Shown one piece after another: positions 13,366 to 26,192 of a DNA stretch of 64,000 bases; position 1 is the first letter of the stretch, and each line of letters opens with the position of its first letter. This stretch comes from Squalus acanthias (lineage: Eukaryota). The stretch covers positions 106,084,001-106,148,000 of the forward strand of contig CM059431.1 of the NCBI GenBank assembly GCA_030390025.1. The letters are read 5' to 3'. The notes beneath the pieces are model-generated. The model had not been told where the DNA came from. It saw only the letters and a list, made by a program, of their open reading frames with translations, and searched no databases. The translations under genes were made by a program, and so were the position numbers.

Positions 13366-15962
13366 TGGAGGGAGGAGGAGGAGGAGGAGGGGGAGGAGGG
13401 GGAAAGGAGGAGGGAGAAGGAGGAGGGGGAAAGGAGGAGGGGGAGGAGGGGGAAAGGAGGAGGGGGAGGAGGGGGAAAGGAGGAGGGGGAAAGGAGGAGG
13501 GGGAGGAGGGGGAAAGGAGGAGGGGGAGGAGGGGGAAAGGAGGAGGGGGAGGAGGGGGAAAGGAGGGAGGGGGGAGGAGGGGGAAAGGAGGAGGGGGAAA
13601 GGAGGAGGGGGGAGGAGGGGGAAAGGAGGAGGGGGAGGAGGGGGAAAGGAGGAGGGGGGAGGAGGGGGAAAGGAGGAGGGGGAGGAGGAGGGGAGGAGGA
13701 GGAGGGGAGGAGGGGGAAAGGAGGAGGGGGAGGAGGGGGAGGAGGGGGAGGAGGGGGAAAGGAGGAGGGGGAGGAGGGGAGGAGGGGGAGGAGGGGGAAA
13801 GGAGGAGGGGGAGGAGGGGGAAAGGAGGAGGGGGAGGAGGGGGAAAGGAGGAGGGGGAGGAGGGGGAAAGGAGGAGGGGGAGGAGGAGGAGGGGGAAAGG
13901 AGGAGGGGGAGGAGGGGGAAAGGAGGAGGGGAGGAGGGGGAAAGGAGGAGGGGGAGGAGGGGGAAAGGAGGAGGGGGAAAGGAGGAGGGGGAGGAGGGGG
14001 AAGGAGGAGGGGGAGGAGGGGGAAGGAGGAGGGGGAGGAGGGGGAAAGGAGGAGGGGGAGGAGGGGGAAAGGAGGAGGGGAGGAGGGGAAAGGAGGAGGG
14101 GGAGGAGGGGGAAAGGAGGAGGGGGAGGAGGGGGAAAGGAGGAGGGGGAGGAGGGGGAAAGGAGGAGGGGGAGGAGGGGGAAAGGAGGAGGGGGAGTAGG
14201 GGGAAAGGAGGAGGGGGAGGAGGGGGAAGGAGGAGGGGAGGAGGGGGAAAGGAGGAGGGGGAGGAGGGGAGGAGGGGGAAAGGAGGAGGGGGAGGAGGGG
14301 GAGGAGGAGGAAAGGAGGAGGGAGGAGGGGGAAAGGAGGAGGGGGAGGAGGGGGAAAGGAGGAGGGGGAGGAGGGGGAAAGGAGGAGGGGGAGGAGGGGG
14401 AAAGGAGGAGGGGGAGGAGGGGGAAAGGAGGAGGGGGAGGAGGGGGAAGGAGGAGGGGGAGGAGGGGAAAGGAGGAGGGGGAGGAGGGGGGAAGGAGGAG
14501 GGGGAGGAGGGGGGAAGGAGGAGGGGGAGGAGGGGGGGAAGGAGGAGGGGGAGGAGGGGGGGAAGGAGGAGGGGGAGGAGGGGGGAAAGGAGGAGGGGAG
14601 GAGGGGGAAAGGAGGAGGGGGAGGAGGGGGAAAGGAGGAGGGGGAGGAGGGGGAAAGGAGGAGGGGGAGGAGGGGGAAAGGAGGAGGGGGAGGAGGGGGA
14701 AAGGAGGAGGGGGAGGAGGGGGAAAGGAGGAGGGGGAGGAGGGGGAGGAGGAGGAAAGGAGGAGGGGGAGGAGGGGGAAAGGAGGAGGGGAAAGGAGGAG
14801 GGGAAAGGAGGAGGGGGAGGAGGGGGAAAGGAGGAGGGGGAGGAGGGGGAAAGGAGGAGGGGGAGGAGGGGGAGGAGGGGGAAAGGAGGAGGGGAAAGGA
14901 GGAGGGGGAGGAGGGGGAAAGGAGGAGGGGGAGGAGGGGGAAAGGAGGAGGGGAAAGGAGGAGGGGGAGGAGGGGGAAAGGAGGAGGGGGAGGAGGGGGA
15001 AAGGAGGAGGGGGAGGAGGGGGAAAGGAGGAGGGGGAGGAGGGGGAAAGGAGGAGGGGGAGGAGGGGGAAAGGAGGAGGGGGAGGAGGGGGAGGAGGGGG
15101 AAAGGAGGAGGGGGAGGAGGGGGAAAGGAGGAGGGAGAGGGGGGGGGAGGGGAGGGGGGGAGGGGAGGGGGGGAGGGGAGGGGAGGGGAGGGGGGGAGGG
15201 GAGGGGGGGGAGGGGAGGGGAGGGGGGGGGGAGGGGAGGGGAGGGGAGGGGGGGGAGGGGAGGGGGGGGAGGGGAGGGGGGGGAGGGGAGGGGGGAGGGG
15301 AGGGGAGGGGAGGGGGGGGAGGGGAGGGGGGGAGGGGAGGGGGGGGAGGGGAGGGGGGAGGGGAGGAGGGGGGAGGGGAGGAGGGGGAGGAGGGGGGAGG
15401 GAGGGGGAGGAGGGTGGCGGAGGGGGAGGAGGGCGAGGGGGGGAAGGAGGGCGAGGGGGGGAAGGAGGGCGAGGGGGGGAAGGAGGGCGAGGGGGGGGAA
15501 GGAGGGCGAGGGGGGGGAAGGAGGGCGAGGGGGGGAAGGAGGGCGAGGGGGGGAAGGAGGGCGAGGGGGGGAAGGAGGGCGAGGGGGGAAGGAGGGCGAG
15601 GGGGGGAAGGAGGGCGAGGGGGGGAAGGAGGGCGAGGGGGGGGAAGGAGGGCGAGGGGGGGAAGGAGGGCGAGGGGGGGAAGGAGGGCGAGGGGGGGAAG
15701 GAGGGCGAGGGGGGGAAGGAGGGCGAGGGGGGGGAAGGAGGGCGAGGGGGGGGAAGGAGGGCGAGGGGGGGGAAGGAGGGCGAGGGGGGGGAAGGAGGGC
15801 GAGGGGGGGGGAAGGAGGGCGAGGGGGGGGAAGGAGGGCGAGGGGGGGAAGGAGGGCGAGGGGGGGAAGGAGGGAGATGGGGGAGGGGAGGGAGATGGGG
15901 GAGGGGAGGGCGAGGAGGGAAGGAGGGCGAGGAGAGATGAAGGTGAGGGGATAGGAGGGGGC
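13366..15962 (+). repeat. 2.6-kb polypurine G-rich compound tandem repeat
   Basis: Three zones: a ~23-bp unit AAGGAGGAGGGGGAGGAGGGGGA (to ~15135); GGGGA-like (to ~15420); an ~18-21-bp unit GGAGGGCGAG(G)nAA (to ~15870). Almost no T. Confidence 0.97.
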
Positions 15963-16004
15963 GGAGCCAGTGTAATAAACTTTAAGCTGTTTTGCCGAGG
16001 GTCT

Positions 16005-16166
16005 CAATGTTCCCTGTAATTTGTTTTGGTGCGCGGGCCCTATAACTGGCTGCGCGGCTCATTCAATTTTTCGCGCATGCGCGGTTATTACCATTGTAAA
16101 GCCGGTGAGCGACCGACGTGGGACCTCCAGACCGCGACGCAACCGTGCAGCTCAGCGGGAACACTG
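16005..16166. mobile_element. MITE with CAATGTTCCC/GGGAACACTG TIRs
   Basis: TIRs, internal similarity to 2658-2786, and GTCT on both flanks. Confidence 0.7.
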
Positions 16167-19149
16167 GTCTCGATGAAGAGATGCAGAAGTCCCCCACAAA
16201 CGATGGCGTGGCATAAGTAATGGAGTAAGTGACTTACACCCTAATTGCCTCTGACTTTTGCACCGTAAAACAGGCCCTACGAAGTAGGTGCGCCGTTATG
16301 ATGGCGCAACTCTGCAGGACAACTTGGGCCACAGACTTAATAATAATCCGTTAAAACATTTTGTAGTTCGAATTATCAAAAGGTAATAAAAGGAGAAAAA
16401 TAACTGCAAACAGTCGGATTAAGCTTAAAGGTATTTGTTATGTAGGATCTAAACAATCTAAACAGCTGCATTTGCCTGGGCTAGCTAAAGGCTGTTTCCT
16501 TACCTTAATAGTAATAGGCAAGGATAGTGCAAAAAAAACATATTTAGCATCAGATTAAAGCACAGCCTAACTGGAATGAACATATGCTTCAGATCCTGAA
16601 TAGGCAAACCTACCGCCACTTCTGCAATCATCCAATATAAGGCCTGACACATCACCCACAGAACATCTGAGGCCCACTTGCACAACTATTCTCAGAGGCT
16701 CTCGAGGCCTTCTGAGGCCACAGCTAACAAGCATCGCCATTACACGATGGAAGTTAGTCAGGGGTTTATTCAGGTCTGGCGTTGGAAGAGCTAATTCGGA
16801 GACGCACCCGACAGAATTGTTGCTGGAAAGATATGCGGTCTTTACTCAAAAACCGTACACCAAAGGAAAATAAACGGTAGCATTCCAATTGGAGAACAAA
16901 ATGAAACAAGTACTAAATAATTAAATGCATTAATTGGGAACCAACAGCGATAATTAGGTCTATAGGGTAAGATTACACCCATCATAAACCACTTACTGCA
17001 ATTAGTGGATTAGCACTTAATTGGACACAGCCACTGTGGCATTAGTTAGGGCAATAATTATAGAAACAACCTTTCATTAAAGTGGGAATGTTTTTTTAAT
17101 TCTACTTACTGTATACAATTAAAAGGTTTATCATGATCTATACGCTGATGTTGGGAGTCACAAAAGAATCTCGGTCGTTGTAGGATTAACAATCAATATA
17201 TGTAGCTGTTATGAATATAATTCCTTACAAGATAATTTAGTGATAACTGGTGGTTGCTTTGTTGTGAGCCATTTTAATGAATACTAACTAACGGTAAATC
17301 ATTTTCAGTGGCAGAAATAAGTAGGGCCTCAGTGATAGCTGCTGTATACCAGTCGATAGCATTCACTGTTCATCAATCAATGGGCAGGTATAGCGCTGCC
17401 TTTGACGGATTGGAGGATATTTCAAAGCATATCAATGGTAGGCCCTGATAATGGCCAACAGCGAAGGAATGTGATCGTGAAACATTGGTCACACATTCTT
17501 TCCGCATGATCTCTTGGACTGGTTTCAATCGCCTGAGGGGGTCGGAGAGGAATTTTCCAAAGTATTTTTTCCCTTATTGGCCCTGTGTTTTTATCTCTTT
17601 TTTTTTTGCATAGGATTATATAGAATATACGGCACAGAAACAGGCCGTTTGGCCCAACCAGTCCATGCCGGTGTTTATGCTCCACTCGAGCCTCCTCCCG
17701 TCTTTCCTCATCTAAATCTATCAGCATAACCCTCTATTCCCTTCTCCCTCATATGCTTGAATTCAAGACCTCATCAAACTACAGAGAGTGTCACTGTTTG
17801 ACAGCTTCACAGAGCTGTCAAACGATGACAATTCATCTGTCAAAAATTTCTGACAGATTAAACGTCACACGTTGACGTTCTCTGCAACCGGCTTTCTTTT
17901 AATTGGCCTGCTAAGCCCGCTGGGCGGGCTTAACAGGGTCAATCAAGGGAAAATAGCGTGGGTTGGCCACAAATCGATGGAGGTGGGACTAAAACCCGAC
18001 AAGCAGCAGTCCCGCCTCCAATGCGCCCCCATTAACAAAATCGCCCCTGGGGAGAAGAAAGGTTGAGGGAATGATGCCTACATCAAATAGAAAGGCAGAG
18101 AGAGGTGACAAAGGAGGATGGTGTTTCAGAGGACAAGGACACAATGGCTAAAGGGGCAGATAATAGCGGTGGAGCAGAGAAAGCAGCGAAGAAGAAGTAG
18201 GCCGGTGTGGGAGGAGCACAGGTTGTACGTAGGATGCTCGGCTGTATGAGGTTGTTGAGATGGAATAGGGAGAGGTGAAGACATGGTGAAAACGAGGTGT
18301 AGGGTGTGTGAGCCTTGGTGCAGGTAAGACCTAGGTTGTGGCATTTTGGATTATATATACTTTGTGGAGATGGGCGGGGGGACCTCCACTGCCATCCCAG
18401 CCAGCCGACGTTCCTGAGGTCGAGGGTTGATGAGTCGCATTGGCCCTTTGGCATCCCGCAGCTCGCCTGTCCAATTCAAATGAGGCCGGGTCCTCTTCAC
18501 AGCCCAAAACTAGATGGTAATCTTTGAAAATTAGGGCGTTACACCGTGTTAAAAAGTAGATGCTAACCTTGGCGACAGGGCTAATCGCCACAAAATAGAT
18601 GCTCCTGCACACATGCCATCACCTAATGAAGATGGAACACTTCCATCTAAATACAGGTGGTAGACATGTAGATGTCTTCAGACCATCCACTTCTTTTGTT
18701 AGATGTCATGTTCTTTTTTAGTGTTCTGTATTGCTTTTTGAAGATATTCTCTTCAGTTAAGTCTGATATAAAGCACTATATCTTGTACATTACATGGAAT
18801 TTGACAGGAGTTGGAGACAATGAAGTATGAGGCAGCAGCTTGCAGCTTTCCTCAAATCCCACATTTCACACCCTCTCCAGTAAACAGCATTGGATGTTGT
18901 AAATCTACAGAGCACAGCAATTAAACAGATCCACCAGTCAATATACCCCTGGATTTGCAACATAGCACGTTATCAGTCCTGCTGCTGGATTTATCATTCA
19001 ACACACCCTAGGTATCACACTTGAAATGTAATTGGATCTACCAAATGCTACGCTATTCTGACACCTCATTTATGATCAGCCTTGGTACCACAATCTGTGC
19101 TCGGCATTTGAATGCATGTTCGCAGATTGAGTAGAGGTGTCCCATTTAC

Positions 19150-19578
19150 ATCACTGCGGCTCAGTGGGTAGCACTCTCGCCGCTGAGTCAGAAGGTTGTG
19201 GGTTCAAATCCCACTCCAGCACAAAAATCTAGGCTGACACTCCAGTGCTGAGGGAGGTGCCATCTTTCGATTGAGATGTTAAAACCGAGGCCCTGTCTGC
19301 TTTCTCAGGTGAACGTAAAAGATCCCATGGCACTATTTCGAAGAAGAGCAGGGGAGTTATAGCCGGTGTCCTGTTCAATATTTATCCCTCAATCAACATC
19401 ACCAAAACAGATTATCTGGTCACATTGCTGTTTGTGGGACCTTGCTGTGCGCAAATTGGCTGCCGCAGTTCCTACATTACAACAGTGACTACACTTCAAT
19501 AAAAGTACTTAATTGGCTGTAAAGCGCATTGGGATGTCCGGTGGTCGTGAAAGCCGCCATATTTCTTTTCTTTCTTTC
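19150..19578 (+). mobile_element. Same SINE family, near full length
   Basis: GGCTCAGTGGGTAGCACTCTCGCC..GGTTCAAATCCC head, core, TTTC tail. Confidence 0.85.
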
Positions 19579-20039
19579 TATGATTTAAAAATGGTTTGTG
19601 GTTGTGATAGGCCCCAAATAAATGCAGGTGTTTCTTTCTGGGAAGCTCACCAGATTGTGATTATATTTTTCCAGTATGGTTTGATGCACAGTGTGGGCAA
19701 AAAAAACTTCAGAGGAATTCAAGAGAGAAATAGGAAAGGTCCAAATATTCCAACTCTCTCCAATTCGTCGTCTTTTAAAACCGAAATTAAATCTGTGGTG
19801 CCTTATAATCAATTGTTCTCGGAATGGGAGGGTGGAATTTGTAGTGGTCAATCGTGCAAAATGGGCAACGGCGAATTGGCAGCCCGTTTTCCACTTCGAT
19901 TTTTTTTCCCATTCCTCCCCCCTAGAACTCTTCACTAAAGTGAGACGCTGTTGTCATCAGCACAGTAAGTAGACAAACTACATGGCGTCCTTCCTCTGTG
20001 AGAAAGCATAGTTAATACTTTTCGAAACACAGTATGATA

Positions 20040-20445
20040 ACCAGAACTGAGAGGTTATAACTATCAGGAAAGACTGAACAGGCCAGGTTTATTTTCTGTA
20101 GAAAAGAGAGGACTGAGGGGTGACCTGATAGAGGCCTTTCAGATTATGAAAGGGTTTGACAGGGTAGACTTAGAGAAGATGTTTCCACTTGTAGGGGAGT
20201 CTAAAACTAGGGGCCATAAATACAGGATAGTCACTAATAAATCCAATAAGGAATTCAGGAGAAACTTCTTTACCCAGAGTGTGGTGGGAATGTGGAACTC
20301 GCTACCACAGGGAGTGGTTGAAGCGAATAATATTGATGCATTTAAGGGGAAGCTAGATAAGTACATGAGGGAGGAAGGAATAGAAGGATATGCCAACCAG
20401 TTGGGCCGAATGGCATGTTTCTGTGTTGTAAATTCTATGTAATTT
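20040..20445 (+). mobile_element. CR1 3' fragment
   Basis: MKGFDRVD..TRGHKY..RRNFFTQSVV.WNSLP. Confidence 0.88.
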
Positions 20446-21277
20446 TATGTGATATGTTGCCACACTATTTTTGCACAACCATATTTCTCAATCACATAAA
20501 TGATTACAGGGGACGAGTTTTAATATATGAGGACAAAATTCCTTTTTTAATGAAAAACTGGAGAATACTTTTTTTTTCAATTAATAAATTTGTAACAAAA
20601 TTGCCTTCCCAGAAATCAGAAGATTCAAAGGCACATTCCTGGGATTTTATTAGGGGGGAAAAAACCCCCACCATTCTCTGGTTTTTATTAGAAGAGAATA
20701 AATAGTGGCTGTCTCGTGGTGCAATAGAAAACACTAATCCAGGTCGGTCACTGTGATATTGGCTGTGTGTTCCTTTCTCCTTCCTGACTGCACTGAGAAG
20801 TGCTATTTATAACTGGAGCGCTTGATATGGTGTCTTGTTAAGGAAAGTCTTCCAAGGAAATCAAAATTGGCCAGCGTGCCAAGTTCTATACCTAGTCATT
20901 CTGTGACAAGACCAGAATGGAGGGCAGTTGGCAACTGATACTTTCCTATCTGAAAACTATAGCTGGAAAGACCTAGTTTTATAATGTCATCTTTCAAATC
21001 TATTAAAGCCTGACCTGTAGTCTACAAGAGGACATGCTTCTGAGATCAATGTTTGGCAAATTAATGTGCTCCTAATAAAGGGATAAGTTATGTGAAGTAA
21101 AGCACAGCACAGACAGCCATAACCAGCCAAGGAGTTTGGATGTAAACAGCGAAGGAGAATCTCAATCTGTTAACTCAAAATGGATTACTGCTTTAAATTA
21201 CCCATGAGGCATCAGGTATTATTTTAATATTTGTACAGCAGTCTTTTTTTTACCATTTTATGTTTTATTATCTTTGA

Positions 21278-21630
21278 CTGTGTGTGTGTCTGTGTGTGTG
21301 TGGTGTGTGTGTGCGGCATGTGGTGTGTGTGAGTGTGTCTGTGTGGTGTGTGTGTGGTGTGTGTATGTGGCATATGGTGTCTGTGTGTGTTTGTGTCTGT
21401 GTGCGGCATGTGGTGTGTGTGTGTGTGTGTTTGTGTGCGGCATGTGGTGTGTGTGTGTGTGTGTGTTTGTGTGCGGCATGTGGTGTGTGTGTGTGTTTGT
21501 GTCTGTGTGCGGCATGTGGTGTCTGTGTGTGTGCCTGTGTGGTGTGCGGTATAAGCCTATATGTTTGTGTGTGTGCGTCTGTATGTTTGTGTGTGTGCGG
21601 TGGGCCTGTGTGTGTGTGTGTGTGGTGTGT
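21278..21630. repeat. (TG)-rich compound microsatellite
   Basis: TG runs with recurrent GCGGCATGTGG. Confidence 0.95.
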
Positions 21631-22856
21631 CAAAATTTGTCCTCATGTTACTTGTACGGAATTAAAATATAACGCGGTAACTTTTTCTGAAATTGTTATC
21701 CTGGCAACATTAACAACCAGCTTTAATGTATGGGTTACCAGATTAACAAGGAGTCCAGAAATCATGGTTACCTCTCAACCTCTGAAGGATCTCATAGTAT
21801 TGTTCATGGGGAGTCCATTAAAGGGGAACTAGCATCATGAAAATGTATTTCAGAAACTGTATTTGTGTTTGGGGAAGAGAAGAGCCAAAATGGCTCTGCT
21901 GTGACATGAGAATACGTTTCAACGGGATTTACATTACCACGCTGCATGTTCGGATACAAAGGGAAAACAGGTTGCAAAAACTTTTTCACGATGATAGTGC
22001 CCCTTTAAAAAGAAGAGCTAGCAGTGTAATTTCTTAAAGGGCAACTCCAGACCAGATACTCTAATTTAACAAAAAAGAATATATTGGTAGAACGTCTGTC
22101 TATTAAGTCCCTGATAGCTTTTATTTTCGTGATTGAAATTACTTTCTATAGTACATCATTTGCAGCTCGTGTCTACCTGACCCAACATTTCAGAACGGCC
22201 ATGATATGATGTGCTCCAAACATTTCCTTGTTAATGGTATGAGAAGTGCTCGGAAGGCAGTGGCCTGCTATCGGCATGTCATTTTTGAGTATGATATTTT
22301 GGTGAAGACGGCCATAATGGAGTGATCTGTATCTGCCTTAATTTTGGAAAGTAATAGCAAAACAAAGGAAAATCATTGTTCGGGGGGAGTTGGCAGCCTT
22401 CTACCCGCTGATCTTGCCTAATTAAATGTGAGCCTGCTGTCTGTAGTTTCCTTGAAGCAAAAGAAGAGCAGGTAGTGGGATTTTTACACATGCCTTTCTT
22501 GTCATTCTCCATCAAGGCTTGTAAGCTTGTGGGCAGTTATTCAGTGGCGTTTTATTGAAGCATTTTTCTGTTTTGCTTTCTAACAAGCTGGAGATCAATG
22601 GCTAAAAAAAGAAACTCCCCAAGGTATAATCCTCAGGACGCTCTCCAATGTAATGTTTATCACACCTGCCTCTTCAGTCTCTCAAGAGATCAGCTTGTAC
22701 CCAGAGAGTGACACTGTAAACAGCACATACTTCCAATGAGGCAAATTAGCTTTTGTTTTGGAAAGGCTGGTAGCTCTATCCACTCATGGGAAGAATTTCC
22801 TGGATGCGATGATTGCTGATTCATTTTTAAAATATATTTTTCTCTACTATTCTGTT

Positions 22857-23412
22857 CTATTCCAACGCACTCCTGGCTGGCCTCCCAGGTTCTACCCTAC
22901 CTAAACTTGAGGTCATCCAAAACTCGGCTGCCCGTGTCCTAACTCGCACCAAGTCCCGTTCACCCATCGCCCCTGTGCTCGCTGACCTACCTTGGCTCCC
23001 GGTTAAGCAACGCCTCGATTTTAAAATCCTCATCCTTGTTTTCAAATCCCGCCATGGCCTCGCCCCTTCCTACCTCTGTAATCACCTTCAGCCCCACAAC
23101 CAACCCCCCCACCCCCCGCCGAGATATCTGCGCTCCTCTAATTCTGCCCTCTTGAGCATCCCTGATTATAATCGCTCAACCATTGGTGGCCGTGCCTTCA
23201 GCTGCCTAGGCTCTAAGCTCTGGAATTCCCTGCCTAAACCTCTCCGCCTCTCTCTCCTCCTTTAAGACACTCTTTATAACCTACCTCTCACCTGCCCTAA
23301 TTTCTCCTTAGGCAGCTCGGTGTTAAATTTTTGTCTTATAATACTCCTGTGAAGCGTCTTGGGACGTTTTACTACGTTAAAGGTGCAATGTAAATGCAAG
23401 TTGTTGTCGTTG
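22857..23412 (+). mobile_element. L2-clade LINE 3' fragment
   Basis: WLPVKQRLDFKILILVFKS.HGLAPSYL..GGRAFS..WNSLP. Tail AAATGCAAGTTGTTG. Confidence 0.9.
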
Positions 23413-25097
23413 ATGTTGTACTGTGCAATGAAATATTTAATGCCACCGAAGGCTGTTAATTAAGATATCCTTGGGTGGAAACAAAACCCAATTCATCAAT
23501 CATACTGTGACTTTACCCAAAAACTGAGAACTTTGCTAGCGACCACAAGGAGTAGTTGAGGCGAATAGCATCGATACATTTAAGGGGAAGCTAGATAAGC
23601 ACATGAGGGAGAAAGGAATAGAAGGTTATGCTGACAGGCGTTACATGAAATGTGTGGGAGGAGGCTCGTGTGGAGCATAAACACCCGTGTGGACTGGTTG
23701 GGCCGAATGGCCTGTTTCTGTGTTGTATATTCTATGTAATTACATCATCTCAGACAAATCCCACCCCCTTCTTTTTTGAACAACTGAACAAGTGCCCAGA
23801 AGTTGTTTTTTTTAGGTCATGTAGATTAAATTTGTATCGTTACTGGTATTAAGTATGGCTCGTCCGTGAGCCAATGCTGCAAATAGCCAGCCTAATGATG
23901 TGTTGGGGTCTTGTGAAGGTGTCTCCGGCCTCTTCGGCCATATCATTACATGGCTATTTTGGGTGTGAACATTCGGACAAAGCCTATCTAATAATACCTC
24001 AAAATCACCCGGCTCACCCATTCTGTGGCCGCGTTATTGTTTTATTCATTGCCACCCATGTCATTGTGATGTCACAAGTCTCCAAAGGTTTAAGCGGTGG
24101 TGTAATAGTTCATCCGCGTCCCAGTTAAGTCGGAAAGCATCAGTATGATTGAGTGATGCATTCGAAGCCATGGAGTGAATGGCTTCTGAGTTTTCTTTGC
24201 ATTTGGAGATCTCATTTAAACAGACACCTCCAAGAATCGGAACTCCTGGGGATTTGGTTGGAGGTGACATTATAATGTAATGACAAACAAAACAGTTTAG
24301 GCCATCCCTTTTTACCCTCAAAATCATTTTATATTCCAAGGAGGAACAAGTGTTTTGGCATTTAAAAACAAAAAAATTCTTCTCGGCGATCCCAAACTTT
24401 GTCCTTTGCAACCCAAACTGCACAAGACCGCGTTCTCACCGTGTTCTGAGATCTGCCATTCAGGCCAGAAAGCACCAAGGTTTTCACAGTCAGGTCTGGT
24501 CTGACCTGATCGGCTATCAACCCAGCTTACACATAGTCATCAGCATTGCTTCGATGCGGGAACCCTTTGTAATGACGCTGAAGGTAGTGTAGGAATGCAC
24601 CTAAGAGAGAAATTAGCCCCGGTTACCATCCAGCGGAATTGCTAACACTGCGATTCCATTCGACTGAAGCTGATTCTGGGGGAAACAAATCAACTATTTA
24701 CCCACCCTCACCCCCCCTCGCCGTGATTACATTTGAGATGATCCTTCTGAGCCTGTGGTCTATAATAGAGGATAATACTGAAGATTGAACAATCAGCTGA
24801 CAAAACACAATGAATGGTTGGAAGATCTGGCCATAGGCCTGAAAGCCATCATGGTGAGACTTTGAAGCACGTAATTAATCTGAAACAAAAGGTCTCAGGA
24901 CACCATGTGACACTACTGCTAAGGTCATGCAACTACCTGACAGCATAGAATGGCACAGTATAGATAGTAGCAGCCCAAAGTAAATCATCATCCTGGTCCA
25001 CATGGACACCTTTTTTCCCTAGATAATAGACTTAAATCTGGTGGTGGAGCAGCTCATTGTTCCTCATTAAAATATGAAACAACAGAGCAGTTAGAAA

Positions 25098-25510
25098 TGT
25101 CAGGTTAGCTCAGCTCCTGGCACTCTAACCTTCAAAACAGAAGGTTGGAGATTTAGGTCCCACTCCAGAACTTGGGCCGGGCTGGCCCTTCGGTGCAGAA
25201 TTGTCAGAGGTGCTGTTGCTGGGATACAATGTTAAATTGAAGCCTGTGCTTTATCGGAACAGTAAAGATACTGTTGCACTATATAGGGAAGAGTAGTAAG
25301 TCATCCTGGCCAACAATGGTTCCTCAACCAAAAACAGATTACGTAGACATTCATCTCACAACTGTTTGTGAGACTTTGAAGCGCACAAAATGATAGCTGA
25401 ATTTACCCACTTAACTACATTTCAAAGTACTTCAAAGAAACATTCCAAAGCACTTCACATAGTACTAAGAGATGTGAAAAGGAATTATATAAATGTAAGT
25501 CTTTCTTTTC
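25098..25510 (+). mobile_element. Older diverged copy of the same SINE
   Basis: Colinear but heavily substituted head, core and tail. Confidence 0.65.
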
Positions 25511-25730
25511 CTGAAGTGAAACTGCAATATCTTCATTTCATCCTTCAGCTCTCTAATGTACAACAGTGTTTCCTCATGTGTATATCGATGGGGAAGATAT
25601 CGATGTGTATTTCAAATCATTTGTAGATCGGTTAAACTGCTGAATCTTGAAATCTCAAAAATCATAAAACTCAATAATATTGTGAAAGCAATACATTGAT
25701 GCAAAATGTAATCAAACCATTTTTAAATCA

Positions 25731-26192
25731 TAGAAAGAAAGAAAAGAAATATGGCGGCTTTCACGACCACCGGACGTCCCAAAGCACTTTACAGCCAATG
25801 AAGTACTTTTTGGAGTGTAGTCACTGTTGTAATGTAGGAAACGCAACAGCCAATTTGCACACAGCAAGCTCCCACAAACAACTGTGTGATAATGACCAGA
25901 TAACCTGTTTTAGTGATGTTGATTAAGGGATAAATATTGGCCAGGACACTGGGGATAACGCCCCTGCTCTTCTTCGAAATAGTGCCATGGGATCTTTAAC
26001 GTCCACCTGAGAGAGCAGACGGGGCCTCGGTTTAACGTCTCATCCGAAAGACGGCACCTCCGACAGTGCAGCACTCCCTCAGCACTGCACTGGGAGTGTC
26101 AGCCTAGCTTTATGCGCTCAAGTCCCTGGAGTGGGACTTGAACCCACAACCTTCTGACTCAGAGGCGAGAGTGCTATCCACTGAGCCACTGG
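25731..26192 (-). mobile_element. Same SINE family, near full length
   Basis: High similarity to 11836-12298. Confidence 0.85.

Larger units (their letters stand above)
12302..16330. mobile_element. Possible DNA transposon envelope containing the polypurine expansion
   Basis: Ends GGCTCAGAATTGTACTGCAG and (reverse complement) GGCCCAAGTTGTCCTGCAG are inverted matches, with CpG-rich subterminal regions. Confidence 0.45.

Noticed and set aside
13304..16019. Three ~880-aa ORFs (Gly/Glu/Arg-rich and Pro-rich)
   Set aside because: A purine-only repeat cannot contain stop codons. The 23-bp unit cycles through all frames and ORFs are open on both strands, so this is a simple-repeat artefact.
21224..21832. 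Overlapping His/Thr- and Cys/Val-rich ORFs (also at 35376-35617, 50875-51254 and 60806-61310)
   Set aside because: Microsatellite translations.
23812..24423. Two in-frame minus-strand ORFs with protein-like composition
   Set aside because: They are separated by several stops, with no recognisable domain or convincing splice sites.
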